Positions 1 to 14,738 of a DNA stretch of 64,000 nt are shown piece after piece. Location of the stretch: assembly GCF_009914755.1 (NCBI RefSeq), contig NC_060938.1. The stretch is one strand, 5' to 3'. The position numbers and the translations under genes were made by a program. A model generated the notes under the pieces. The model was not told where the DNA came from. It saw only the letters and a program-made list of their open reading frames with translations, and searched no databases. The first letter of the stretch is position 1, and each line of letters opens with the position of its first letter. Source of the DNA: the human T2T-CHM13v2.0 reference genome, Homo sapiens.

Positions 1-3000
1 TGAATGCACACATCATAAAGAAGTTTCTCAGACTGCCTAAGTGTAGTTTTTACATGAAGATATTTCCTTTTCCACAGTAGGCCTCAAAGCTTTCCAAATA
101 TACACTTGCAGATTCTACAAAAAGAGTGTTTCAAAACTGCTCTATCAAAAGATAGTTTCAACACTGTGAGTTGAATGTACACATCACAAAGAAGTTTCTC
201 AGAATGCTTCTGTGTAGTTTTGATATGAAGATATTTCCTTTTCCAAAATAGTCCTCAAAGCCCTCCAAATATCCACTTGCAGTTTCTACATAAAGAGTGT
301 TACAAAACTGTTCAATCAAAAAGAAAGGTTCAACTATGTGTGATGAATGCACTCATAACAAAGAAATTTCTCAGAAAGCTTCTGTGTAGTTTTTATGTGA
401 AAATATTTCCTTTTCCACAATAGACCTAAAAGCACTGCAAATATTCACTCTCAGTTTCTACAAAAAGAGTGATTCAAAACTGTTCAATCAAAACATAGGT
501 TCAACTCTGTGAGTTGAATGCACACATCACAAAAAGTTTCTCAGAATGCTTCTGTGTAGTTGTTATGTGAAGATATTTCCTTTTCCACACTACGCTTCAA
601 AGACCTCCAAATATCCACTTGCAGATTCTGCAAAAAGAGAGATTAAAAACTGCTCCATCAAAATATAGGTTCGATTCTGTGAGTTGAATGCACACATCAC
701 AAAGAAGTTTCTCAGAATGCTTCTGTGCAGTTTTTATGTGAAGATATTTGCTTTTCCACAGTAGGCCTCAAAGTGCTCCAAATATCCACTTGAAGACTCT
801 ACAAAAACAGTGCTTCAAAACTGCTGAATCATAAGATAGTTTCAACTCTGTGAGTTGAATGCACACATAGCAAAGAAGATCCTCAGAATGCTTCTGGGTA
901 GTTTTTATTTGAAGATATTTCCTTTTCCTCCATAGGCCGCAAAGGGCTCCATATGACCACTTGCAAATCCTACAAAAAGAGGGAATCAAAACTGCTCAAT
1001 GAAAAGATAGATTCAACTCTGTGAGTTTAATGCACATATCACAAAGTGGTTTCTCAGAATGCTTCTGTGTAGTTTTTATGTGAAGATATTTCCTTTTTCA
1101 CAATAGGCCACATCGGCTCCAAATATACACTTGCAGATTCTATAAAAAGAGTGTTTCAAAACTGCCCAATCATAAGATAGGTTCAATAATGTGAGATGAA
1201 AGCACACATCACAAAGAAGTTTCTCAGAATGCTTCTGTGTAGTTTTTATTTAAAGATATTTCCTTTTCCACCATAGGCTTCAAAGTGGTCCAAACAGTCA
1301 CTTGTAGATACAACAAAAAGAGTGTTTCCAAACTGCTAAATCAAAAGAAAGGTTCAACTCTGTGAGATGAAGGCACACATGACATAGAAGTTCCTCAGAA
1401 ATCTTTTTTGTAGTTTTTATGTGAAGGTATTTCCTTTTCCACCATAGGCTGAAAATGGCTCCAAATAACCTCTTGTAGATTCTACCAAAAGAGAGATTCA
1501 AAACTGCTCAATCAAAAGAAAGTTTCAACTCTGTGAGTTTAATGCACACTTAACAAAGGTGTTTCTCAGAATACTTCTGTGTAGTTTTTATGTGAAGATA
1601 TTTCCATTTCCACCATAGGCCTGAAAGCTCTCCATATATCCACTTGCAGATTCTACAAACAGAAAGATTCAAAACTGCTGAATGAAAAGAAAGGTTCAAC
1701 ATTGTGAGATGAATGCACACATCGCACAGAAGTTTCTCAGAATGATTCTATGCAGTTTTTATGTAAAGATATTTCCTTTTCCACAATAGGAATCTAAGCG
1801 CTCCAAATATCAACTTGCAGATTCTACATAAAGAGTTTTTCAAAACTGCTCAATCAAAAGAAAGGTTCAACTCTGTGAGATGAATGCACACATCACAAAG
1901 AGGTTTCTCGGAATGCTTCTGTGTAGATTTCATTTGAAGATATTTTCTTTTCAACAATAGGCCTCAAAGCACTCCAACTATCCGCTTGCAGATTATACAG
2001 AGTGTTTCAAAACTGCTAAATGAAAAGAAAGATTCATCTCTGTGAGATGAACGCACACATCACCATGAAGTTTCTCAGAATGCTTCTGTGTAGTTTCGTT
2101 GTGAAGATATTTCCTTTTCCACAATAGGCCTCAAATCTCTCCAAATATCCACTCACAGATTATGCAAAAAGAGAGATTCAAAACTGCTCAATCAAAAGAT
2201 AGGTTTGACTCCATGAGTTGAATGCACACAAAACAAAGAAGTTTCTCAGAATGCTGCTGTGTAGGTTTTATGTGAAGATATTTCCTTTTCCACAATAGGC
2301 GTCAAATCGATCCAAATATCCACTTGCAGATTCTACAAAGAGTGTTTCAAACCCACTCAATCAAAACATAGGTTCAATTCTGTGAGCTGAATGCACTCAA
2401 CACAAACATGTCTATCAGAATGCTTCTTTGTAATTTTTATGTGAAGATATTTCCTTTTCTACCATAGGCCACAAAGAGCTCCAAATATCCACTTGCACAT
2501 TCTACAAAAAGAGTGTTTCAAAACTGCTCAATCAAAAGAAAGGTTCAACTCTGTGAGATGAATGTACACATCACAAAGAAGTTTATCTGGTTGTTTCGGC
2601 AGAGATTTATATGAAGATACTTCCTTTTCTACCATTGGTCACAAAGGGCTCCAAACGTCCACTTGCAGATTCTACAGAAAGAGTGTCTCCAAACTGCCCA
2701 ATCAAAAGGAAGGTTCATTTGTGTGAGATGGACGCATGTATCAGAAAAAAGTTTCACAGAATTCTTCTCTCCAGTTTTCATGTGAAGATATTTGCTTTTC
2801 CACCAGAGGCCTCAAAGCCCTCCAAATGTCCACTTGAAGATTCTACAAAAAGAGTGTTTCCAAATTGCTCCATGAAAAGAAACTTTGAACACTGTGAGAT
2901 GAACACACACATCACAAAGAAGTTTCTCAGAACTCTTCTGTCTAGTTTTTATGTGAAGATATTTCCTTTTCCACCATAGGCCTCAAAGCACTCCAAATAT

Positions 3001-6000
3001 CCACTTGCAGATTTTACAAAAGGAGAGTTTCAAAACTCCTCAATCAAAAGAAAGGTTTAACTCTCTTAGACAAAAGCACACGTCACAAGGACGTTTGTCA
3101 GGTTGATTCTGTCTAGATTTTATGTGAAGATATTTCCTTTTCTACCACAGCCCCAAAGCGTTCCAAATATCCACTTGTAGATTCCACAAAAAGAATGTTT
3201 CCAAACAGCTCAATCAAAAAAGAGGTTCACCTCTGTAAGATGAATGCACGCATCACAAAGAAGTTTCTCAGAATTCTTCTGTTTAGTTTTTATGTGAAGA
3301 TATTTCCTTTTCCACCAGAGGCCTTAATGCCCTCCAAATATCGACTTGCGGATTCTACAAAAAGAGAGTTTCAAAACTCCTCAATCAAAAGAAAGGTTTA
3401 ACTCTCTCAGGGGCATGCACAAAACACAAAGTAGTTTCTCTGATTGCTTATGTCTAGATTTTATGTGAAGATAGTTCCTTTTCTACCATAGGTGGCAAAG
3501 CACTCCAAATGTACACTTGCAGATTCTCCAAATAGAGGGTTTACAAACTTCTCAATCAAAAGAAAGGTCCAACTCTGTGAGATGAATGCACACATCACAT
3601 AGAAGTTGCTCAGAATACTTGTGTCTAGTTTTTATGTGAAGATATTTCATTTTCCACCATAGTCCTCAAGGTGCTCGAAATGTCCAACTGCAAATTCTAC
3701 AAAAAGACTATTTCATAATTGGTCCATCAGAAAAAAAGGTTTAACTCTGGGAAATGATTGCACACATCACAAAGAAGTTTCTCTGAATGCTTCTATCTAG
3801 TTTTTATGTGAAGGTATTTCCTTTTACACCATAGGCCTCAAAGTGCTCCAAATGTCCACTTGCAGATTCTACAAAAATAGAGTTTCAAAAATGCTCAATC
3901 AAAAGAAATGGTTAACTCTGTGAGATGAATGCACACAAGAAAAAGTCGTTTCCCAGAATGGTTCTGTCTAGATTTTTTGTGAAGATATTTCCTTTTCTAC
4001 CATAGGCCGCAAAGTGCTCCAAATGTCCACTTGCAGGTTCTACAAAAAGAGTGTTTCCAAACTGCTCAATCAAAAGAAAGGTTCAACTCTGCCAGATGAA
4101 TGCACACATCACAAAGAATTCTCTCAGAATTCTTCTGGCTAGTTTTTATGTGAAGATAATTCCTTTTCTTCCATAGGCCTAAAAGCATTCCAAATGTCCA
4201 CTTGCAGATTCTGCAAAAAGAGATTTCTAAAGCTGCTCAATCAAAAGGAAGGTTTAAGTCTGTGAGATGAAAGCACACATCACAAAAATTTCTCAGATTG
4301 CTTCTGTCTAGATTTTATATGAAGTTATTTCCTTTTCCACCATAGAACAATAAGCGTTCCAACTGCCCCTTGCAGATTCTACAAAAACAGTGTTTCCAAA
4401 CTTCTCAATCAAAAGAAAGATTCAACTCTGTGAGATGAATGCACACATCACAAAGAACTTTCTCAGAATGCTTCTGTCTAGTTTTTATATGAAGATATTT
4501 CATTTTCCACCATAGGCCTCAAGGCACTCAAAATGCCCCCTGGCAGATTCTACAAAAGGAGAATTTCGAACCTGGTCCATCAGAAGAAAGTTTCACCTCC
4601 TTGAGATGAATGCACACATCACAAAGAGGTTTCTCAGAATGCTTCTGTCTAGTTTCTATGTGAAGATATTTCCTTTTCCACCGTAGGCCTCAAGGAGCTC
4701 AAAATGTCCACTTGCAGATCTTACAAAAACAGTATTTCAAAACTGGTCCATCCAAAGAAAGGTTCAACTCTGGGAGATGGATGCACACATCACAAAGAAG
4801 TTTCTCAGAACGCTTCTATCTTGTTTTTATGTGAAGATATTTCCTTTTCCACCATAGGCCCCAAAGCCTTCCAAATGTCCAATTGCAGATTCTACAAAAA
4901 GAGAGTTTCAAAAGTGCTCAATCATAATAAAGGCTTAACTCTGTGAGATGAATGCACACATCACAGAGAAGATTCTCAGATTACTTCTGTCTAGATTGTA
5001 TGTAAAGATATTTCCCTTTCTACCATAGGCTACAAAACACTCCAAATGTCCACTTGCAGATTCTACAAAAAGAGAGTTTCCAAACTGCTCAATCAAAGGT
5101 TCAACTCTGTGAGATGAACACACATATAAAAAAGAAGTTTCTCAGAATTCTTCTGTTTATTTTTTAAGTGAAGATATTTCCTTTTCCATCATAGGCCTCA
5201 AGGTGCTACAAATGTCCACTTGCAGATCCTACAAAAAGAGAGTTTTAAAAGTGCTCAATCAAAAGAAAGGTTTTACTCTGTAAGGTGAATGCACACATCA
5301 CAAAGAATTTTCTCAGATTGCTTCTGTCTAGATTTTATGTGAAGATATTTCCTTTTCTACCATAGGCCACAAAGTGCTCCAAATGTCCACATGCAGATTC
5401 TACAATAAGAGTGTTTCAAAACTGCTCAATCAAAAGAAAGGTTCAACTCTGTGAAATGAACGCACACATTACAAAGAAGTTTCTCAGAATTCTTCTGTCT
5501 AGTTTTTATGTGAAGATATTTCCTTTTCCACCTTAGGCCTCAAAGCGCTTCAAGTGTCCAACTGCAGATTCAACAAAAAGAGAGTTTCAAAACTGCTCAA
5601 TCAAAAGAAAGGTTTCACTTAGTGAGATGAATGCACACATCACAGAGAAGTTTCTAAGATTGCTTCTGTCAAGATTTTATATGAAGATATTTCACTTTCA
5701 CCTTAGGCCTCAAGGTGCTCGAAATGCCCCCTGGCAGATTCTACAAAAGGAGTATTTCAAACCTGGTCCATCAAAAGAAAGTTTCAACTCTTTGAGATGA
5801 ATGCACACATCACAAAGAAGTTTCTCAGAATGCTTCTGTCTAGTTTTTATGTGAACATATTTCCTTTTCCACTGTAGGCCTCAAAGCACTCCCAATGTCA
5901 ATTTGCAGATTCTACAAAAAGAGAATTTCAAAACTACTCCATCAAAAGTAAGGTTTCACTCTGTGAGATGAATGCACACATCACAAAGAAGTTTCTCAGA

Positions 6001-9000
6001 TTGCTTCTGTCTGGATTTTCTGTGAAGAGATTTCCTTTTCTACCATAAGCCTCAAAGCACACCAAATGTCCATTGGCAGATTCTACAAAAAGAGTGTTTC
6101 CAAACTGCTCAATCAAAAGAAAGTTTCACCTGTGTGATATGAACGCACAAATCACAAAGAAGTTTCTCAGAATTCTTCTGTCTCATTTTTATCTGAAAGT
6201 ATTTCTTTTCCCTCTATAGGCCTCAGGGTGCTCGAAATGTCCACTTGCAGATTCTACAAAAAGAGTATTTCAAAACTGGTCCATTAAAAGAAAGCTTCAA
6301 CTCTGGGAGATGAATGCACACATCATGAAGAAGTTATTCAGAATGCTTATGTCTAGTTTATTTTTGAAGATATTTCCTTTTCCACCATCGGCCTCAAAGC
6401 CCTCCAAATGTCCACTTCCAGATTACACAAAAAGAGAGTTTCAAAACTGCTGAATCAAAAGAAAGGCTTTACTCTGGAATATGAATGCACGCATCACAAA
6501 GAAGATTTTCAGATAGCTTCTGTCTAGATTTTATGTGTAGATATTTCCTTTTCTACCATAGGCTGCAAAACGCTCCAAATGTCCACTTGCAGATTCTACA
6601 AGATAAAGTGTTTCCAAACTCCTCAATCAAAAGAAAGGCTCAACTCTTTGAGATGAACACACGCATCAAAAAGAAGTTTCTCAGAATTATTCTGTCTAGT
6701 TTTTATGTGAGAATATTTCTTTTTCCATCATAGGACTCAAAGTGCTCCAAATGTCCACTTGCAGGTTCTACAAAAAGAGAGTTTCCAAACTGCTCAATCA
6801 AAAGAAAGGTTTAACTCTGTCAGATGAATGCCTACATCACAAAGAAGTTTCTCATATTGCTTCTGTCTAGATTTTAAATGAAGATATACCCTTTTCTACC
6901 ATTGGCCCCAAGGCGTTCCAAATGTCCACTTGCAGATTCTACAAAAAGAGTATTTCAAAACTGATACATCAAAAGGAAGGTTCAGCTCTTGGAGATGAAT
7001 GCACACTTCACAAAGAAGTTTCTCAGATTGCTTCTGTCTAGACTTAAGATGAAGATATTTCCCTTTCTACTATAGGCCACCAAGCACTCCAAATGTCCAC
7101 TGGCAGATTCTACGAAAAGAGTGTTTCCAAACTGCTGAATCAAAAGAAAGTTTCAACTCTGTGAGATGAACGCACATATCACAAAGAAGTTTTTCAGAGT
7201 TCTTCTGTCTAGTTTTTATGTGAAGATATTTCCTTTTCCACCTTAGTCCTCAAAGCCCTCAAAATGTCCACTTGCAGATTCTACAAAAAGAGAGTTGCAA
7301 AACTGCTCAATCAAAAGAAAGGTTCAACTCTGTCAGATGAATGCACACATCACAAAGAAGTTTCTCAGGTTGCTGCGGCAGAGATTTATATGAAGATACT
7401 TCCTTTTCTGCCATAGGCCACAAAGGTCTCCAAATATCCACTTACAGATTCTAAAGAAGGAGAGTCTCCAAACTGCTCAATCAAAAGAAGGTTCATCTGG
7501 GTGAGATGAAAGCCCACAACAAAAGAACTTTCACAGAATTCTTCTCTCTAGTTTTCATGTGAAGATATTTCCTTTTTCACCATAGGCCTCAAAGCCCTCC
7601 TAATGTCCACCTGAAGATTCTAGAAAATGAGTGTTTCCAAAATGCTCCATCAAAAGAAACTTTGAACTCTGTGAGATGAACGCAAACATCACCAGTAGTT
7701 TTTCAGAATTCTTCTGTCTAGTTTTTTTGTGAAGATATTTTCTTTTCCACCATAGGTATCAAATCACTCTAAACATCCACTTGCAGATTCTACAAAAAGA
7801 GAGGTTCAAAACTGCTCAATATAAAGAAAGTTTTAACTCTGTGACATGAATGCACACATCAGAAAGAAGTTTCTCAGATTGCTTCCTTCTAGATTTTATG
7901 TGAAGATATTTCCTTTTCTACCACAGGCCGCAAAGCACTCCAAATGGCCATTTGCAGATCCTACAAATGATTGTTTCCAAACTGCTCAATCAAAAGAAAG
8001 ATTCAACTCTGTGAGATGAAAGCACACATCACAAAACAGTTTCTCAGAATTCTTCTGTCTAAATTTAATATAAAGATATTTTCTTTTCCACCAAAGGCCT
8101 CAAAGCCCACCAAATGTTCATTGCAGATTCTACAAAAAGAGAATTTCAAAACTGCTCAATCCAAAGAAGTGTTCAACTCTGTGAGGTGAACGCACGCATC
8201 ACAAAGAAGTTTCTCAGAATTCTTCTGTTTAGTTTTTACGTGAAGATATTTCATTTTCCACCATAGGCCTCAAGGTGTTCAAAATGTCCACTTGCAGATC
8301 CAACAAAAAGAGTATTCCAAAACTGACCCATCAAAAGAAAGCTTAAACTCTGGGTATGAATGCACACATCATGAAGAGGTTTCTCAGATTTCTTCTGTCT
8401 AGATTTTATGTGAAGATATTTCCTTTTCTACCATAGGCCGCAAAGCACTCCAAATATCCACTTGCAGATTCTACAAGAGTGTTTCCAAACTGCTCATTCA
8501 AAAGAATGGTTCAACTCTGTGAGGTGAACACACACATCACAAAAACTATCTCAGAATTCTTCTGTTTAGTTTTTATGTGAAGATATTTCCTTTTCCACCA
8601 CAGGCCTCAAACTGCTCCAAATGTCCACTTGCAGACTTAAAAAAGAGAGTTTCAAAACTTCTCAATCAAAAGAAAGTTTTAACTCTATGAGATGAATGCA
8701 CACATCACGAGGAAGTTTCTCAGATTTCTTCTGTCTAGATTTTATGTGAAGATATTTCCTTCTCTATCATAGGCCAAAAAGCTTTCCAAATGTCCACCTG
8801 CAGATACTACAAAAAGAGTGTTTCCAAACTCCTCAATCAAAAGAATGGTTCAACTCTTTGAGGTGAACGCACACATCACAAAGAAGTTTCTCAGAATTAT
8901 TCTATCTAATATTTGTGTGAAGATATTACATTTTCCACCATAGGACTCAAGGTGCTCGAAATGTCCACTTGCAGTTTCCACAAAAGAGAGTTTCAAAACT

Positions 9001-10031
9001 GCTCTATCAAAAGAAAGGTTTAACTCTGTGAGATGAATGTACACATCACAAAGATGTTTCTCAGAATGTTTCTATCTGATTTTTATGTGAAGATATTTCC
9101 TTTTCCACCATAGGCTTCAAAACACACAAAATGTCCACTTACAGATTCTACAAAAAGAGAGTTTCAAGACTGCTCAATCAAAAGAAAGGTTTAACTCTGT
9201 GAGATAAATGAACACATTACAAGGAAGTTTCTCAGATTGCTTCTGTCTAGATTTTATGTGAAGATATTTCCTTTTCCAGCATACGCCTCAAGGCGTACAA
9301 TATGTCTGCTAGCGGATTCTTCAAAAAGAGGATTTCAAAACTGGTCCTTCAGAAGAAAGATTAAACTTTGAGATACGAATGTACACATCACAAAGAGGTT
9401 TCTCAGAATTCTTCTGTCCAGTTTTTATGTGAAGATATTTTCTTTTCCACCATAGGCCTCAAGACACTCGAATTGTCCACTTGCACATTCTACAAAAACA
9501 GTATTTGAAAACTGGTCCTTCAAAAGAAATGCTCAAGTCAGGGACACGAATGCACATATCACAAAGAAGTTTCTCAGAAAGCTTCTATCTGGTTTTTATG
9601 TGAAGATATTTCCTTTTACACCATAGGCTTCAAAGCGCTCCAAACGTCCACTTGCACATTCTACAAAAAGAGAGTTTCAAAACTGCTCCATCAAAAGAAA
9701 GGTTCAAATCTGTGAGATGAACGTATGAATCACAAAGAAGTTTCTCAGAATTCTTCTCTCTAGTTTTTATGTGAAGGTATTTCCTTTTCCACCATAGGCC
9801 TCAAAGTGCTCCAAATGTCCAATTGCTAGATCTACAAAAAGATAGTTTCAAAACTTCTCCATCAAAAGAAATGTTTAACTCTGTGCTGTGACATGAATGC
9901 ACACATCACAAAGAAGTTTCTCAGGTTGCTTCTTTCTAGATTTTATGTGAAGATATTTCCTTTGCTACCATAGGTTGCAATGCACTCCAAATGTCCACTT
10001 GCAGATTCTACAAAAAGAATGTTCAAAACTG
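1..10031 (-). repeat. Alpha satellite (ALR), divergent monomeric/ancient-dimeric block 1
   Basis: About 171-bp tandem units reading TGAATGCACACATCACAAAGAAGTTTCTCAGAATG on +, the reverse complement of the ALR consensus. The pJalpha-type motif TTCCTTTTCCACCATAG recurs and no CENP-B box was seen. Runs off the left edge of the window. Confidence 0.97.
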
Positions 10032-11770
10032 GAACAGACCTGCAGCTGAGGGTCTTGTCTGTTAGAAGGAAAACTAACAAACAGAAAGGACATACACAAC
10101 AAAAACCCATCTGTACATCACCGTCATCAAAGACCAAAAGTAGATAAAACCACAAAGATGGGGAAAAAACAGAGCAGAAAAACTGGAAACTCTAAAAAGC
10201 AGAGTGCCTCTCCTCCTCCAAAGGAACGCAGTTCCTCACCAGCAACGGAACAAAGCTGGATGGAGAATGACTTTGATGAGCTGAGAGAAGAAGGCTTCAG
10301 ATGATGAAATTATTCTGAGCTACGGAAGGACATTCAAACCAAAGGCAAACAAGTTGAAAACTTTGAAAAAAATTTAGAAAAATGTAGAACTAGAATAACC
10401 AATACAGTGAAGTCCTTAAAGGAGCTGATGGAGCTGAAAACCAAGGCTCGAGAACTACGTGAAGAATGCAGAAGCCTCAGGAGCCGATGCGATCAACTGG
10501 AAGAAAGAGTATCAGCGATGGAAGATGAAATGAATGAAATGAAGTTAGAAGGGAAGTTTAGAGAAAAAAGAATAAAAAGAAATGAGCAAAGCCTCCAAGA
10601 AATATGGGACTATGTGAAAAGACCAAATCTACGTATGATTGGTGTACCTGAAAGTGATGGGGAGAATGGAACCAAGTTGGAAAACACTCTGCAGGATATT
10701 ATCCAGGAGAACTTCCCCAATCTAGCAAGGCAGTCCAACGTTCAGATTCAGGAAATACAGAGAACGCCACAAAGATACTCCTCGAGAAGAGCAACTCCAA
10801 GACACATCATTGTCAGATTCACCAAAGCTGAAGGAAAAAATGTTAAGGGCAGCCAGAGAGAAAGGTCGGGTTACCCTCAGAGAGAAGCCCATCAGACTAA
10901 CAGTGGATCTCTCGGCAGAAACCCTACAAGCCAGAAGAGAGTGGGGGCCAATATTCAACATTCTTAAAGACAAGAATTTTCAACCCAGAATTTCATACCC
11001 AGCCAAACTAAGCTTCATAAGTGAAGGAAAAATAAAATACTTTACAGACAATCAAATGTTGAGAGATTGTGTCACCAGCAGGCCTGCCCGAAAAGAGCTC
11101 CTGAAGAAAGCACTAAACATCGAAAGGAACAACCGGCACCAGCCGCTGCAAAATTATGCCAAAATGTAAAGACCATCGAGACTAGGAAGAAACTGCATCA
11201 ACTAACGAGCAAAATCACCAGCCAGCATCATCATGACAGGATCAAATTCACACATAACAATATTAACTTTAAATGTAAATGGACTAAATGCTCCAATTAA
11301 AAGACACAGACTGGCAAATTGGATAAAGAGTCAAGACCCATCAGTGTGCTCTATTCAGGAAACCCATCTCACGTGCAGAGACACACATAGGCTCAAAATA
11401 AAAGAATGGAGGAAGATCTACCAAGCAAATGGAAAACAAAAAAAGGCAGGGGTTGCAATCCTAGTCTCTGATAAAACAGACTTTAAACCACCAAAGATCA
11501 AAAGAGACAAAGAAGGCCATTACATAATGGCAAAGGGATCAATTCAACAAGAAGAGCTAACTATCCTAAATATATATGCACTCAATACAGGAGCACCCAG
11601 ATTCATAAAGCAAGTGCTTAGTGACCTACAAAGAGACTTAGACTCCCACACATTAATAATGGGAGACTTTAACACCCCACTGTCAACATTAGACAGATCA
11701 ACAAGACAGAAAGTCAACAAGGATACCCAGCAATTGAACTCAGCTCTGCACCAAGCGGACCTAATAGACA
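10032..11770 (+). mobile_element. L1PA (L1PA2-4-like) internal fragment: end of 5'UTR, ORF1 and start of ORF2; truncated at both ends
   Basis: AACAGACCTGCAGCTGAGGG...ACCACAAAGATGGGGAAAAAACAG matches the L1 5'UTR/ORF1 start. Inter-ORF spacer and ORF2 start are present. Stops abruptly after CTAATAGACA with no 3'UTR, poly(A) or TSD. Confidence 0.96.
10158..11169 (+). pseudogene. L1 ORF1p (RNA-binding protein) pseudogene
   Basis: ATG at 10158 gives MGKKQSRKTGNSK...; in-frame TGA TGA at 10302-10307; frameshift near 10828 separates ORF-track pieces 10407-10967 and 10810-11169 (YVKRPNLR, YPAKLSF motifs). Confidence 0.93.
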
Positions 11771-11793
11771 ACTATTCTACCGCACTCCACTAA
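11233..11793 (+). pseudogene. L1 ORF2p endonuclease-domain N-terminal fragment running a few codons into satellite
   Basis: MTGSNSHITILTLNVNGLN...IQETH...MGDFNTPL. L1 homology ends at 11770 (about aa 179), so the C-terminal part of the APE-like endonuclease domain is missing. Confidence 0.92.
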
Positions 11794-12847
11794 ACTCCAC
11801 TCCACTCCAGTCCACTCGATTACTTTAAATTCCATTCCACTCCATTACACTGCAGTCCGATCCACTCCACTCAACTCTACTCCACTCCACTCCATTCCAT
11901 TCCATTCTGTTGCATTCTCCTCTGTTCCGTTGCATTCCATTCCATTCCATTACACTCCAAACCACTACATTCCACTCCACTGCACTCCACTCCACTGCAC
12001 TCCACTCCACCACACTCCATTCCACTCCACTCCATTCCACTCCTCTCCATTCCACTCCACTCCACTCCATTCCACTACATTCCTTTCCATTCCATTCCAT
12101 TCCATTCCTTTCCATTCCACAGCAATCCGATCCACTCCACTCAACTTCATTCCACTCCACTCCTTTCCGTCCGTTCTATACCATTCTGTTCCATTCATTC
12201 CATTCTGTTCCTTTCCATTGCATTCCAATCCACTCCATTCCATTCCACTCTATTCCAGTTTACTCAACACCACTCCATTCCATTCCACTCCTATCCACTC
12301 CACCCCACTCCACTCCATTCCATTCCATTCCATTCCATTCCATTCCACTGCACTCCGATCCACTCCACACAATTCCACTCCATTCCACTCCATTCCATTC
12401 CGTTCCATTCCATTCTGTTCTGGTACGTTCCTTTCCATTCCATTAAACTCCATTCCATTCCACTCCACTCCACTCCACTCCATTTCACTCCATTCTACTC
12501 CATTCCACTTCCCTCCACTACAATCCACTCCAATACACTCCACTCCATTCCACTCCATTCATTCCATTCCAATCCATTCCATTCCAATTCATTCCACTCC
12601 CTTCCACTCCAGTCCACTCCATTCCATTCCACTGCACCCCATTCCACTCACTCCCCTCCACTCCATTCCACTCCACTTCATTCCACTCTATTCCTTCCAC
12701 TCCACTCCACTCCATTTCATTCCATTCCACTCCATTCCACTCCACTCCAATCCACTCCCCTCCATTCCACTCCACTCCATTCTATTCCACTTCATTCCAT
12801 TCCACTCCACTCCATTCCATTATATTCTACTGCATTTCAATCCATTC

Positions 12848-12912
12848 TTTTACTTCGACTATATCTCACTCTGTCTCCCAGACTAGAGTGCAGTGGCACA
12901 ATCTTAGCTCAC
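12848..12912 (-). mobile_element. Alu 3'-end fragment embedded in satellite (copy 1)
   Basis: TCTCACTCTGTCTCCCAGACTAGAGTGCAGTGGCACAATCTTAGCTCAC resembles the antisense Alu 3' terminus (TCTCGCTCTGTCGCCCAGGCTGGAGTGCAGTGGCGCGATCTCGGCTCAC). Confidence 0.85.
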
Positions 12913-14738
12913 ATTTCATTGCATGATTCCACTCCATTTCATTCAATTGCATTTCATTCCATTCCATTCCACTGCTATCCCATCCACTCCACTCAACTCC
13001 ACTCCACTCCATTCCGTTCCATTCCATTCCATAGCATTCTGATCCATTTCATTCCATTCCACTCCACTCCATTTCATTCCACTCCATTCCACTCCATTCC
13101 ACTCCACTCCACGCCACTGCTCTAAACTCTAATCCATTCCATTCCACTCCACTCCAATAAAATCCACTCCACTCAACTAAATTTCATTAAATTATTTTCC
13201 TTTCCATTCCAAAGCATTCCCATCCATTCCACTCAACTCTACTCCACTCAACTCCACTCCGTTCCATTCCTTTCCACTCTGTTCAGTTTGGTTCCGTTCC
13301 ATTCCACTCCATTCCATTCCACACCACTCCACTCCTTTCCACTCCACTGCACTCCACTCCACTCCATTCCACTCCAATCCACTGCACTCCACTCCACTCC
13401 ATTCCACTACACTCCTTTCCATTCCATTCCATTCCATTCCATTCCATTCCTTTCCTTTCCATGGCAATCCAATCCATTCCAGTCAACTCCACTCCACTCC
13501 ATTCCACTACACTCCTTTCCATTCCATTCCATTCCATTCCATTACATTCCATTCCTTTCCTTTCCATGGCAATCCAATCCATTCCAGTCAACTCCACTCC
13601 ACTCCATTCCACTACACTCCTTTCCATTCCATTCCATTCCATTCCATTACATTCCATTCCTTTCCTTTCCTTTCCATGGCAATCCAATCCATTCCAGTCA
13701 ACTCCACTCCACTCCATTCCTTTTCATTCCATTCCATTCCGTTCTATTCTATTCCATTCCACTCCATTCCATTCCATTCCACTCCACTGCATTTCATTCC
13801 ACTCCATTCAACTACACTCTACTCCACTCGAATCCACTCCAATACATTCCATTCCATTCCATTTCATTCCACTGCACTCCGATCCACTCCACTCAACTCC
13901 ACTCCACTCCATTCGATTCCATTCCGTTCTGGTCAGTTCCATTCTGTTCCATTCCACTCCATTTCATTCCGCTCCACTCCACTCCACTCCATTTCACTCC
14001 ATTAGACTCCACTCTGTTCCATTCCATTCCATTCCATTCCATTCCATTCCATTCCATTACTTTCTGTTCCTTTCCATTCCATTCCACTCCACTACATTCC
14101 ATTCCACTCCATTCCACACTACTGCACTCAACTCCACTCAATCCACCCCATGCCACTCCCCTAAATTCCATTCTATTTCATTCCATTCCATTCCATTGCA
14201 TTCCATTTCATTCCACTGCATTCCGATCCGCTCCACCCTACTCCACTCCACTCCATTCCACTCCAATCTATTCCGTTCCATTCCATTTCATTCCCTTCCA
14301 TTCCTTTCCATTTCATTCCATTCCATTCCATTCCTTTCCACTCCACTCCATTCCTTTCCACTCCATTCCACTCCACTCCATTCCACTCCACACCACTCCA
14401 CTCCATTCTATTCCACTCCATTCCATTACAATCCACTGCACTTCATTGTCTTCCATTCCGTTCCATTCCATCCCACTGCACTGCATTCCATTCCACTCCA
14501 TTCCACTACACTACACTACACTACACTACACTACATTTTATTGCACTCCATTCCATTACATTCCACTCCATTCCATTCAATTCCACTCAATTTAACTCCA
14601 TTCCATTCCGCTCAATTCCGCTCCACTCATTCCACTACACTCCACTCCCCTCCATTCCACTCCACTCCACTCCATTCCACTCCATTCCATTCCACTCCAC
14701 TCCATTCCATTCCATTCTACTCCATTCCATTCCATTCC

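Noticed and set aside
10032-10157. L1 promoter driving transcription into the satellite
   Set aside because: Only the last ~125 bp of the 5'UTR remain; the sense core promoter and the antisense promoter regions are absent.
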